64,000 bases of DNA, from contig NC_043024.1 in assembly GCF_006345805.1 (NCBI RefSeq), positions 124,001 to 188,000 of the forward strand, in the 5' to 3' direction. This stretch comes from Octopus sinensis. Lineage: Eukaryota. Positions 52,968 through 64,000 of this stretch are shown here, in pieces. Every line of letters starts with the position of its first letter. Positions within the stretch are counted from its first letter, which is position 1. The notes under the pieces are model-generated. The model had not been told where the DNA came from and searched no databases. It was given only the letters and a program-made list of their open reading frames with translations. A program made the position numbers and the translations under genes.

Positions 52968-53930
52968 CATCATCATCATCATCATCGTTTAACGTCCGTT
53001 TTCCGCGCTAGCACGGGTTGGATGGTTTCGACCGGGGTCTGGGGAGCTCAGGACTGCCCCAGGCTCCAGTCTAGTCTGGCAGTGTTTCTACAGCTGGATG
53101 CCCTTCCTAACGCCAACCACTCCGCGAGTGTAGTGGGTGTTTTTTACGTGCCACCTGCACAGGTGCCAGAGGGGTCTGGCATCGGCCACGTTCGGATGGT
53201 GCTTTTTATGGGGGGGGGGTGCAGAAATATAGGGGAGCACCAGTGGGAGGGGTGGTTCTGAGGACAGGTTCTAGGCAAGTAGAACGTAGGATATCGAGAG
53301 GGGTAATGCATGGTTAAATAGCGTATTGAAGAGGGGGGTTCAAAGAGTAGACACCTATAATGGTGGTGGGGGGGTGCAGAAATATAGGGGAGCACCAGTG
53401 GGAGGGGTGGTTCAGAGGACAGGTTCTAGGCAAGTAGAACGTAGGAAATCGAAAGAGGGGTAATGCATGGTGAAATAGCGTATTGAAGAGGGGGGTTCAA
53501 AGAGTAGACACCTATAATGGTGGTGGGAGAAACGACAACCGGTATAGTTGGAGCAAAATAGAGATATCCGGTATTGGTGGTGGTGGGGGTGGGTAGGGCG
53601 GGCGCGCCGCGAAGAATCGGCGGCCAATTCGATCAGCCCTGTAAGGGAGATAGATCTTAAATATCTATAACGATAACTAATGAATTATACAGAATATGCA
53701 AAAACGAGGCGAGGCTGAAATAGTAAACAGAGTGGCGACTAGGGGGATCAGAATAATGATACATAATAAATAATAATAAATAGAGATACGGGGTGAATTA
53801 AAGTTCAAAGATTTCTTATCTTGGGATGACTTCGTTTACGGACAGACTTGGCAAAAGGAATTCGGAATCAAGAATGAGGCAGGTTACTAGCTTAAGTATG
53901 CATAGCCATGGAGAGAAGTAGGAAGAGAAT
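52968..53930 (-). mobile_element. Young RTE-tailed element (family C) with 160-bp tandem duplication (53208-53527); other family C ends at 29430-29630, 38820-39015, 44240-44430, 63385-63702
   Basis: GGTTGGCGTTAGGAAGGGCATCCAG...GGACGTTAAAC(GAT)n 3-prime end; CpG-rich upstream block. Confidence 0.7.
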
Positions 53931-54415
53931 ATATATATATATAACATATTTGAACAAAATATGATGCAAATTTTAGGCACTGGGTGAAGAGTTGCTTAAA
54001 ATACTGAATTAAAAACCTATACATTGTCCAATTTCAGTCGAATGGAACTTAATTGACTGGCAGATGTAAATACCATTCCTGGAATAGGAAATAGAACACC
54101 TACAGCGATCTAATACTAATGGAAAGTTGCTGATTCTAGAGCAGCTGGAATATAAATTCACATTTCTACCTGTTCTCACTGGGTTGCTGGCTTATGTCAC
54201 AACTGTGTGTTATCAAATCTGAAATCTTGAGCAATGAACAAAACAGGAAGGACGCCATTAATCAACAGACTAATCCGTTAATGGAAGTGTTGTTGAAATA
54301 TTTAAATATTTTAGAAAACTTCACTAATTCTCTCTCTTTCTCTCGCTTTCTCTCTCTTGTTCTGTATAAAATGATGTTACAATAACACATATATATATAT
54401 TTACACATACATACA

Positions 54416-54487
<72 letters not shown>

Positions 54488-54585
54488 ATAGTTATCCAAA
54501 CAAGAAAACACAGAAAAAAACACAGCACACGCGAGACATGGAACAATTAAAGTATTATTTGACGCTCAGGAAAGAAGGAAGGAGG

Positions 54586-54620
54586 GTTTAACGTTTCGAG
54601 CGGAGCTCTTCGTCGGAAAC
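54586..54620 (-). ncRNA. Minimal hammerhead motif (U4C variant) in PLE-like repeat 54490-54720
   Basis: GTTT CCGACGA a GAGC-tcc-GCTC GAAA CG TT AAAC. Confidence 0.65.
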
Positions 54621-54770
54621 AAGGAGAAGGAAAGATCCCAAGAAGGGAAGACAGAGGAAAAAATATTTTTGCTGGTGGTGCTCAAGAGATCACATGTTGA
54701 AAGAACAGAAGTTGAGAGGTAGACCATATATATATATATATATATATATATCTATATATATATATATATA

Positions 54771-55733
54771 TATCAGATCATTAAGAATGAAGTGTCCGAT
54801 TTTCTTATGCACCAAGTTTGACAGTCATTAACTCTAATGTTTTATCCTGACAATTCTTTGTTTTACAACATTGAAGGGTTACATCATCACTTTTCACAAT
54901 ACAATTCATGGTGTCTGATTACATTGAGAATTTTCTCTTGTAAATCAATTTTTGTGAACCCATAGATAGATAAAACATTTGTGTTCTTTATGAATGAGTT
55001 CTGTTGTGGAACCAATGCATCCCAGACAGCTCAAAACATCAATGGAGTGTTTGGGGAAAATGCGGCGAATGAGTAGACTGTACGTTGATGGTTTGAGAAG
55101 TTCTCGTCTGGTGACTTTACTCTTGAAAATCAGTCCCATGGTAGAGCTGAGGTGGATAATGATGGGCTGGAAACTATAGCAGAAGCAGATACATCTCAAA
55201 CTATGCATGAGTTAGCAGCGAAGTTTGATGCATCGATTCCAAGTGTATTGGACCACCTGAAACAAATTAGCAAGGTAAAGAAGCTGGACAAGCGGGTACC
55301 ACACAAATTGAACGAGCATCAAAGGACATGTTGTCTTGAAACTTGCTGTTCTTTGCTGTCTCGGCATAAAAGCAAAACATTTTTGCATCATATTGTTACA
55401 TGTGATGGAAAATGGATTCTTTTCAACAATGGCAAGTATTCTGCACAATGGTTAGATAGAAACGAAGTGCCAAAACAAAGAATATTCACCAAAACAAGCA
55501 AATGGTGTCAGTTTGGTGGTCCAACACTGATGTCATCCCCTACAGCTTCATGAGACCTGGTAAGTCAGTTACAGCGGATGTATACAACAACCAACTGGAC
55601 AAAATGATGAGTGAACTTGCAATTAAACGACCAAGATTGGTCAATAGAGACAGGCCAGTTCTCTTGCAAGACAATGCTTGACCACATGTTGCACAAAGAA
55701 TGCTACTCAAGTTACAGGAACTAACTTGGAAGT
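54771..55733 (+). pseudogene. Mariner (DD34D) transposase remnant with left TIR
   Basis: KLDKRVPHKL (WVPHEL motif), FLHHIVTCDGKWILFNN and PVLLQDNA*PH motifs; frameshifts and stops. Confidence 0.9.
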
Positions 55734-55734
55734 A

Positions 55735-56297
55735 CTCCAAGTTTTTGCTAGGTTAACTCTAAGTCCCTTTGATTCTAGACCTTGTTTCCATACCTGGGAC
55801 TCCTTCTCTAGTTCTGGTAGTGACAGGTATAAGAGCAAGGTCATCAGCATAGAGGAGCTCCAGGGGCATCCTGTCTTGAATTCCTCTGTTATTACCTGGA
55901 GGACTATGATGAACAAAAAGGGGATGAGCACTGATCCTTGATGAATCTCTACTTGTACCCTGAATTCTTTACTGTATTTGTTGCCCACCCTCACCTTACT
56001 GGTAGCATCCCTGTACAAGGCTTGTACAGCTCTTACCAACCACTCGTCTATCCCTAGTTTCCACACTGATCACCAGATAACGGATCGGGGGACTCTGTCA
56101 AAAGCTTTCTCCAAGTCAGCAAAAGCCAGGTACAGAGGTTTAGCGTTGGCTAGGTATTTCTCCTGTAGTTGCCTTACCAGAAATATAGCATAAGTGGTGC
56201 TTCTACCTGGCACAAAGCCAAACTGCATCACATCTAGACCAATTCTCTCCATGATTAGTTGGGCTATGACTCTCTCTGCAACTTTCAAAATATGTGG
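55735..56297 (-). pseudogene. RTE-clade LINE reverse transcriptase fragment
   Basis: QFGFVPGRSTT..., AFADLEKAFDRVPR, HQGSVL.PFLF and LYADDL motifs; stop and frameshift present. Confidence 0.92.
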
Positions 56298-56707
56298 TAC
56301 CACTTTAGAGCATTTTATTTATAATCTAAACACTGTGCACCATAGTTAGAGTAAACATGTAAAGTCTCTTACAGCTGTTTCTAGAATGGCTGAGCATGTG
56401 GAGCATATGCTATTGAGTAAAGATTTCCATATAAGCTAACTATTCCACCATCAGAGAGAGAGAGAGAAATAAATAAAATCTTTAATCAAGGATATTAATA
56501 ATTACCATTTTATTGATGATGAGTTGAGAAGTGATCAAACATATGTGTGTGTGTGTGTGCTCTTTTATTCTTTTACTTGTTTCAAGCATTTGATAGTGGC
56601 CATGCTAGAGCACTGCCTTAAAGGGTGTTTAGCTGACGAATTCAACCCCAGGACTTCTTATCACACAGCCATGTATATATATATACATACATATTATACA
56701 CATACCT

Positions 56708-56763
<56 letters not shown>

Positions 56764-56820
56764 GTATAATGTAAATTAATTTAAATTTGATATAAACCAC
56801 TATTAGGCAAATATATAATA

Positions 56821-57004
56821 TTACACAAAGTATTTAATAAAATCTTCTCACATTGAGCACCAAGTTTGGTTTCTATCTATGGCTCATCAGAGGAAAATAG
56901 AGAAGTTCAAGCATTTTGTCACAATATGTCACACCAACTCCTTCTGTTGTATATATATATATATATACATACATATTATACACACACACCACATCTGTCT
57001 ATAT

Positions 57005-57039
<35 letters not shown>

Positions 57040-57140
57040 GATATATATATAACATCATGGTGTAGCATAGCATATTATTGGCATTAGGAAGAGTATCCAG
57101 CCATATCTATGTCTGTCTGTCTATCTATCTATCTATCTAC

Positions 57141-57203
<63 letters not shown>

Positions 57204-58096
57204 GTGTATATGTGTGGTATATATATTATATATTTGCATTGAGCCCCCTATTTTTATATAGAGCCTGGTGTTTATGTCTAGAATAAATATGGCAGCCATC
57301 TCAGTAGAAATCTTTCAGGACAAGGCAAAATGAATTGTTGTTTTGTCATAATCCAAAGTGATGAAAAATATGTTTCATTGATAAGTATATGGACAAAACA
57401 TGTGTTTACAAGTTTGCCTGTATCAGTAACTGCAAGCAATTCACATTTGTAAAGTGCTCAACTTCCCATGGAACGGGCTGATAAATACTGAAATTCTGTA
57501 TCAGAATGTAATCAATGTTGTGGCTTTGTGATACATTGTTGCTTCACACAGAGTGTTTAATACTGTGGAAAAGTTGTAAACACTACATTGAATAAAAGAG
57601 CTATTTAAACGTGGTGTGTGTGTGTGTGTGGTTGTATATGTAGATATATTGCAAGCGCTACTGCCTGCATTACTAGACATATAACAGCTTATTTATCTAA
57701 TAACATCTCTTATCAATGGACACAATGTTTTGCTTTCATAACTGATTGGGAAAATATTGAAAAGAGAATTTTTAATCATGCTGTCATTCTATAAAGCTGT
57801 CATATCAGCATGAAACAGTGAGGACCGAGGCAAAATGAATGGTCATTTTACTGTAAGCTGAAAACACGAGAAATACACTTTGTTGGAAAAGAGAGAGACA
57901 GAAAGTTTATTTAGGAATTCTTTTATATAAATATCTATTTGTGACAAACAATTTTAGAATGCTTTGCATCTTGAGGAAGGAATTGGTGTGACATATTGTG
58001 ACAAAATGCTTGAAACTTCTCTATCTTCCTCTGATGAGCCATGGAAACCAAACATGGTGCTCAATGTGAGAAGATTTTATTAAATACTTTGTGTAA
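56821..58096. repeat. Inverted repeat pair (about 120-bp arms, 1-kb spacer) containing CTGATGA...GAAA
   Basis: 56821-56940 is the reverse complement of 57979-58096. Confidence 0.8.
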
Positions 58097-58911
58097 TACA
58101 CACGTACACATGCATGCACACATATGTGTACACACACACACACACACACCACACACACACACGCATACTGGTTTCAAACTTTGGTACAAGGCCAGTAGTT
58201 TTATGGGAGTGTGGATAGTCAATTGCATTGACCCCAGCACCCAACTGGTACATATTTTATTGTTCCCACAAGGACGAAAAGCAGTCAACCAAGATGGAGC
58301 ATTCAAATCCAATCCAATATGTACGTATATTTTTTACATTTACACACAGATAAACATGCCTCCCACCCACCACATGCATGCATGTGCACAAACACACACA
58401 CACACACACAAGCCATGTTCAGAGGTGCCATCAGAATGAGATTAGCATCTAGGCTGAAATATATCAGGTTTCAGTTATAAACACCCTTCTGTTTATTACA
58501 GTCCTCCAGACCATAAAACAGGAATTTCAGTGGTTGCCAATGGAAACTCCTGTACATCAATAACTAAATTATCATAAGTGAATCTCTCAAAGATTCAGTG
58601 GAGAAATTCCAAACCTTGAAGCCATAATTAGAACCAAGAGGCTTGTAAAATAAACCTAGTAAAGACTGAAGTTTTGAGGAATTGGAAAAAAGCTCATGTT
58701 GAACTGCCATGAAGCATGGCAGTTAGCACACATGCGTCATACAATCTACCTTTCACTCTGAGCGAGAGACCCTTTGTCGCCAGTAGGGGAAGAAGCTTCC
58801 TAAACTTTACCCAGGCTATTCTTATTCTAGTGGTAACACTCTCTGAGCATCCACCCCTGCTACTGACTTGGTCACCTAGGTAGCAGAAACTATCAACTAC
58901 TTCTAGTTTCT

Positions 58912-58948
<37 letters not shown>

Positions 58949-61900
58949 GCGCTCACTCACATTAGCTAAAATATTTGACTTAACACTTGATACTTGATCA
59001 ATGCATTCAGCATTCCATTGCCAAGATAATAAAATAAGGAATGGCACTGGAAGAAGGATGACTGAAATAATCAGCATTTATGATGGACTTTGATAACTCC
59101 TCACTTGGCTAATGAGAGTTTATAACACTACATTTCAATCTAGTCTTTACACTGGGCTAAAGTCTGGTGTTACTGTAGCTTATATTGTGTATTCTTGTCC
59201 CGTAAGTAGAATTTGAGCAAAAATGGAATGTTAAAATAAATACTGGTTTGATATGATTGGTTAACATCGTCGACAGTAGCAGTCTAGCATGGCCATAGTC
59301 CAGTGATCGAAATCAGTTAAAAGAATAAAGAAGCCATCTATACATTCCGATACTTTCCTCATATATCAAAGCTGAAATCATCAGACACAGAACTGACAAG
59401 TTAAGAGGAAAATGGCTGCCAGGTATATTAACGCAGCACGTAGCATGACAAAGTGTTTGTAAGAGAAGAGTTGAAAGAACAGAATAAATGATGACAGTCA
59501 CTGTTAATAAAAGCAGTTTTTACTGGTGTAATGAATGTAGGAGAACATTATTCAATCTTCTGTTACTTTATTTAACCCTTTTGATACTAACTTGCCTGAC
59601 ACTGGCTCTAGGTCTATGGTGGTAACTTCCTGTTTAAAATGTTCTAAAACCTTTCATTGGAATTTCAGGATAATTTATGTTTCAAACACTATTTTATAAG
59701 TGGCAAAGATGTTTTACGGAATTGTACATAATCTTTGAAAATTAACTGAAACAAAAGCAGTCTGTCTCAATAGAAATATGGTAACAAAAGCATTAGAATT
59801 TTTGATCTGAATCTCCTTGAGACTGCAACCTCATTCTATGGATACAAACTCCCTGTTTTAAAGCAACTTAAATATTAACCTTCTCCCATCAAAGCTTCAC
59901 ATTCATTTCTGTTCCAAAATACAGACTTAATAATTTGTTTAGGTTCTCTCTACAGACTTTCTATAGAAATTATAACCAATATTGATTTGTTATGACATTT
60001 TGTATGTCCTAATGAAGCTTAATGGAAACAACAATCTGTAGAGATAAACTTAGCAAGTGGCTTAATAGCACTGCTAACACAGTAGAACACTGCCAACTTA
60101 CAAATCATTTAATATACTTTGTATAAATGAAATATGGTGTCCCCACAAGTCATTAATTATACTTATTGTCAAAGTTATTTTAAGTTCTTTATTCATTTCA
60201 AGTAAAACAGAGGCAGTGTATTTCAACAGAAATCTGGTAACAAAAGAGTTAAGGTGATCTAAATTAAAATTCATTTCAAGTAAAACAGAGGCAGTGTATT
60301 TCAACAGAAATCTGGTAACAAAAGAGTTAAGGTGATCTAAATTAAAATTTTCTCTTAAAATTTCATGTTCATTAATGTTCCAAGCACAGAATTCATAATG
60401 TCAAAGTTATTTTGCTAAATTGTTCGTTATTTACAAAATTTATAGAAACCAAGGCAGTTGTTGTATTTCAACAGAAACACAGCAATGAGATTGTGAATCC
60501 TGTTGATAGCAACCAGCCTGAAGCGGTTTCTAGTTCTATGATTGTTTTAGTCATGAGACTGTCACCCTGCTGGAATGCTGGCTTAGTGAAGTGGTTTTTA
60601 ACTGGGGTCCATATAAGGCTTTCGAAGGTCACCACCTCATCCCATGTCTTCCTGGGTCTACCTCTACCACAGATCCCCTCGACAGTTAAAGATCGGCATT
60701 TCTTTACACAGCTGCCCTGTCCTCGTCCATATGCATCACATGACCATACCAGCACAGTCTTCTCTCTTGCACTTGTGTCTGTTTCCCATCACTGCTTGAC
60801 AACTGGTGTTGGTCTGTTTATGTCCCTGTAACTTAACAGGTCACCAAAAGAGTCTGATAGAATAAGTACCAGGCTTAAAATTCTTCAAGGCGGTGTCCAG
60901 TATTCCCATGATCTAATGGCGGAAACAACTAAAAGATAAAAGATATATGTATGTATGTATGTGCGTATGTATGCATGTATGTATATACATATGTATATAT
61001 GTATGTATGTACATATGTATATATGTATGCGTGTGTGTGTGTGTGTGTGTGTTGTGTGTGTGTATTTGTGCATATATATGTCTTTCTGTTTGTCCTCTTC
61101 ATCCAAACGGTTGACATAATTTAGTCATGCCATAACTTAGTAGTTTGGTAATCTCCCTTCCCCCCTCCGTACAATAAGCCCCAGACCTTTGAACAAACAC
61201 TAGGATCCATTTTTCTTTTTTTACTAAACCCCCTCAAGGTGGTACTCCAGCATGGCCGCAGTCCACTTACTGAAACAAGCAAAAGGTTAAACCATAAAAG
61301 TTAGAAGCTAAAAGCAAAAAGAAAAACAATCAGACCTATTGTGTATCCGTATTGCAGATGATGCAGACTTGAGAGCAACTGTGACTGGCAGGTGTGCTCT
61401 GCATCAGTGCATCCCACTAGTACATGCTGCTATCATGTCCTGCACGAATGCACTGCAATGTTGTATGCTACAGCAATGTTGCACACCATAAATTGCATTA
61501 ATGCAATTTATCATTATGTGAAGGTGATCAATAGTTTTGTTCAGAGAATATTCAAAAATGACAGCAGAGTGGATGTTTTATCTGCACACTTGCTTCTGTA
61601 TGTGTGTTCCTGTTTATGATTCTATATGTAAGTATGCACGTGCATATATATGTATGTGTGTATATGAATCTAGTAGTATGTACATATGTATGTTTCTGTA
61701 TGTATGTATGTATGCATGCATGTATATATGTATATGTATATGCCTATGTGTATATATATGAATCTAGAAATGTGTATGTATGTATGTGCATTTATGTATG
61801 AATATATGTGTATATGAATCTAGAAGTGAGTATGTATGTATATGTGTATGCTTTTATGTTCCTGTATGCATGTATGTTTGTAATGCATGTTTATGTGTAC

Positions 61901-62396
61901 ATGCATGTATGTATGTATATATGTGTGTATGTGTTTGTGTTTCTGTATGTATACATGTATGTATGTATGAATGTATGCCTGTATAGTGTATGCATTTATA
62001 CTTTGTATGTATGTATGTATGTATGATCATCATTTAACAACATATATTTATAAGTGTGTATGTATTTATATTTCTCTATATGTTTGTGTGTGTACGTATA
62101 TCTGAGTATAGCTCCTTCTGCGTCTGTGTGTTCGTGCATGAGCTTGTAGCATGCAAATTTATGGCTTTTTTGCTGCAGATAATACAAGCATTTATACAGC
62201 ATAATCATAGAGACGCAGGCACTTATAACACATGTGCGAATGGCCTTTCATTCATATTGGGAACATGTGTGTATGAATGTATGCCTGTACCATATTCATC
62301 TGAATCTATATATTTAGATTCAGATGAATATGGTACTTAAGTTGAAGCACCAGCATTTAGTATGGTATTATCCATACAATTTCAAAATAAGGTGAT

Positions 62397-62967
62397 TAAA
62401 ATCAAAATAAGCAACAGGATATCCAGAGGTAATGCAGTACGATCGTTTCACGCAACTCCATTTAATTGAACAATGCAACCATCATATCAATTTTCAGTTG
62501 CAAAAAGACATAGAATTTAATTAAATTAAAACAGATGGACACATTAGTATAATTTTACCTAAAATCTCCAAGAAGTTAAGGAGATAGACAAAGAACATGC
62601 TGCCTTCACTTAAGCTACTAAGGTATCAGGAAGAAAAACTTGTTACAGATTTTGCTTGTCACTGTTTTATGGGGTCAGTTTTAATTTATAGACTAGTTTT
62701 ATCAAATCCTTGTATATCTAAGGCCGATAGAACAAGGGGCAGTGTCTGTTAGGGTAAGAGCTGAGGGAATCGACAGAAATCATAGTGGGTATAGTCATAA
62801 AAAACTATCAAGATTTATTTGAAGCAATATCATGAGATTTGGTAAAGGAAAACTTAAATCAAGATGTTAGCTGACAATTATCAATGGTCTGCTAGTGGCC
62901 GACCCTCTTAACATCTTGATTTACATGAATCGATCGTACTGCATTACCTCTGGATATCCTTGTTGCT

Positions 62968-62970
<3 letters not shown>
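62397..62970. mobile_element. PLE-like element (same family as 30982-31195) with defective HHR at 62434-62501 (-) and a short inverted terminal copy
   Basis: AAGCAAC(A)AGGATATCCAGAGGTAATGCAGTACGATCG at the left; its reverse complement at 62930-62970 runs into (TA)n. Confidence 0.75.
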
Positions 62971-62999
<29 letters not shown>

Positions 63000-63061
63000 T
63001 CTTAGCAGTATAGGTGACTCATCACACTTGATAGCCAGAGGCACACACATATACACATAAC

Positions 63062-63282
63062 TTTTTCTATGAAGCTGTGTGTTCTGATGGTATTAGGGCC
63101 CCGTGCAAGCATTTTGTGTTTAGCTGCTGATGTTGAATCCCTGTCAGCAGTTTCCAACTCCTTTTGAATTTTGACAACGACGGATTGAGGAAGTGACCTT
63201 TCTCTGAATCGCTGCACTTTAAAGACAACAGCAGCAGTGAGCTTCTTCATTTACTCAGTCAACCTGATGTCTGTTTATTTAT
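63062..63282 (-). CDS. Candidate exon with ATG at 63250 (MKKLTAAVVFKVQRFRERSLPQSVVVKIQKELETADRDSTSAAKHKMLARGPNTIRTHSFIEK)
   Basis: Acceptor ACTTACTTTTCAG; unique, protein-like ORF; only a weak phase-0 donor (AAA|GTTATG). Confidence 0.4.
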
Positions 63283-64000
63283 CTGAAAAGTAAGTTTAAA
63301 ATAAATAAGCTAAAAGAAAGTTAGGGCCATTGAAAAAGTGTCCAAAAACTGATGCATCCTATATATATATATATCTGTAGTTGTGATATCTGTGCTGGTG
63401 GCATGTAAAAAGTACCATCCGAATGTGGCCGATGCCAGCGCCACCTTGACTGGCTTCTGTGCCAGTGGCACGTAAAAAGCACCAACCGATTGTGGCTGCT
63501 GCCAGCCTCCCCTGTCACCTGTGCCGGTGGCACATAAAAAGCACCCACTACACTCACGGAGTGGTTGGTGTTAGGAAGGGCATCGTGCTGTAGAAACTCT
63601 GCCAGATCAGACTGGAGCCTGGTGCAGCCTCCTGGCTTCCCAGACCCCAGTCGAACCGTCCACCCCATGCTAGCATTGAAAACGGACGTTAAACGATGAT
63701 GATCTGTGTGTGCATGTATGCGTGTGTATACACACACATATTTATAAGTATATACATACATCCAATATATGTGAGTGTGTGCGTGTAAGTGTATATCTGA
63801 TCATGTGCATGTATACATGTCTATAAAGACGTGTACATACTTATGTAGATGGCTGTTCATATATGCATGTCCTGTGTGTGAGAGAAAAACTACTTTTGTG
63901 AATAAATTCTTAATTCTTTTGAAGTGTAAGAGATAAGAATGAAAGGTAGAGAAGTCATAAAATAGAAATTCGATCTGTTAAAAAAAAATAAATAAAAGAC

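Overview
Eukaryotic, very AT- and microsatellite-rich, mostly non-coding DNA with one 100-N assembly gap (22673-22772). The repeat landscape suggests a coleoid cephalopod, probably Octopus (inference from tRNA-derived SINE families, RTE and R4/Dong-type LINE remnants, mariner/hAT MITEs and dense (TA)n, (CAT)n and (TAA)n). Almost all listed ORFs are microsatellite or repeat artefacts. Host-gene evidence is limited to a + strand terminal coding exon (10704-10932), a - strand 118-aa single-pass membrane ORF ending in EFYV (45057-45413), two weaker - strand exon candidates (47155-47247, 63062-63282) and one tRNA-Gln(TTG). The strongest hidden signal is a set of about 9-10 minimal type-I hammerhead ribozyme (HHR) motifs of the Penelope-like-element (PLE) kind. 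They occur in several different non-coding families, often as fold-back inverted repeats bounded by (TA)n, and one family fuses a Pol III tRNA-like SINE head to a hammerhead tail. All family assignments were made by eye; no searches were run.
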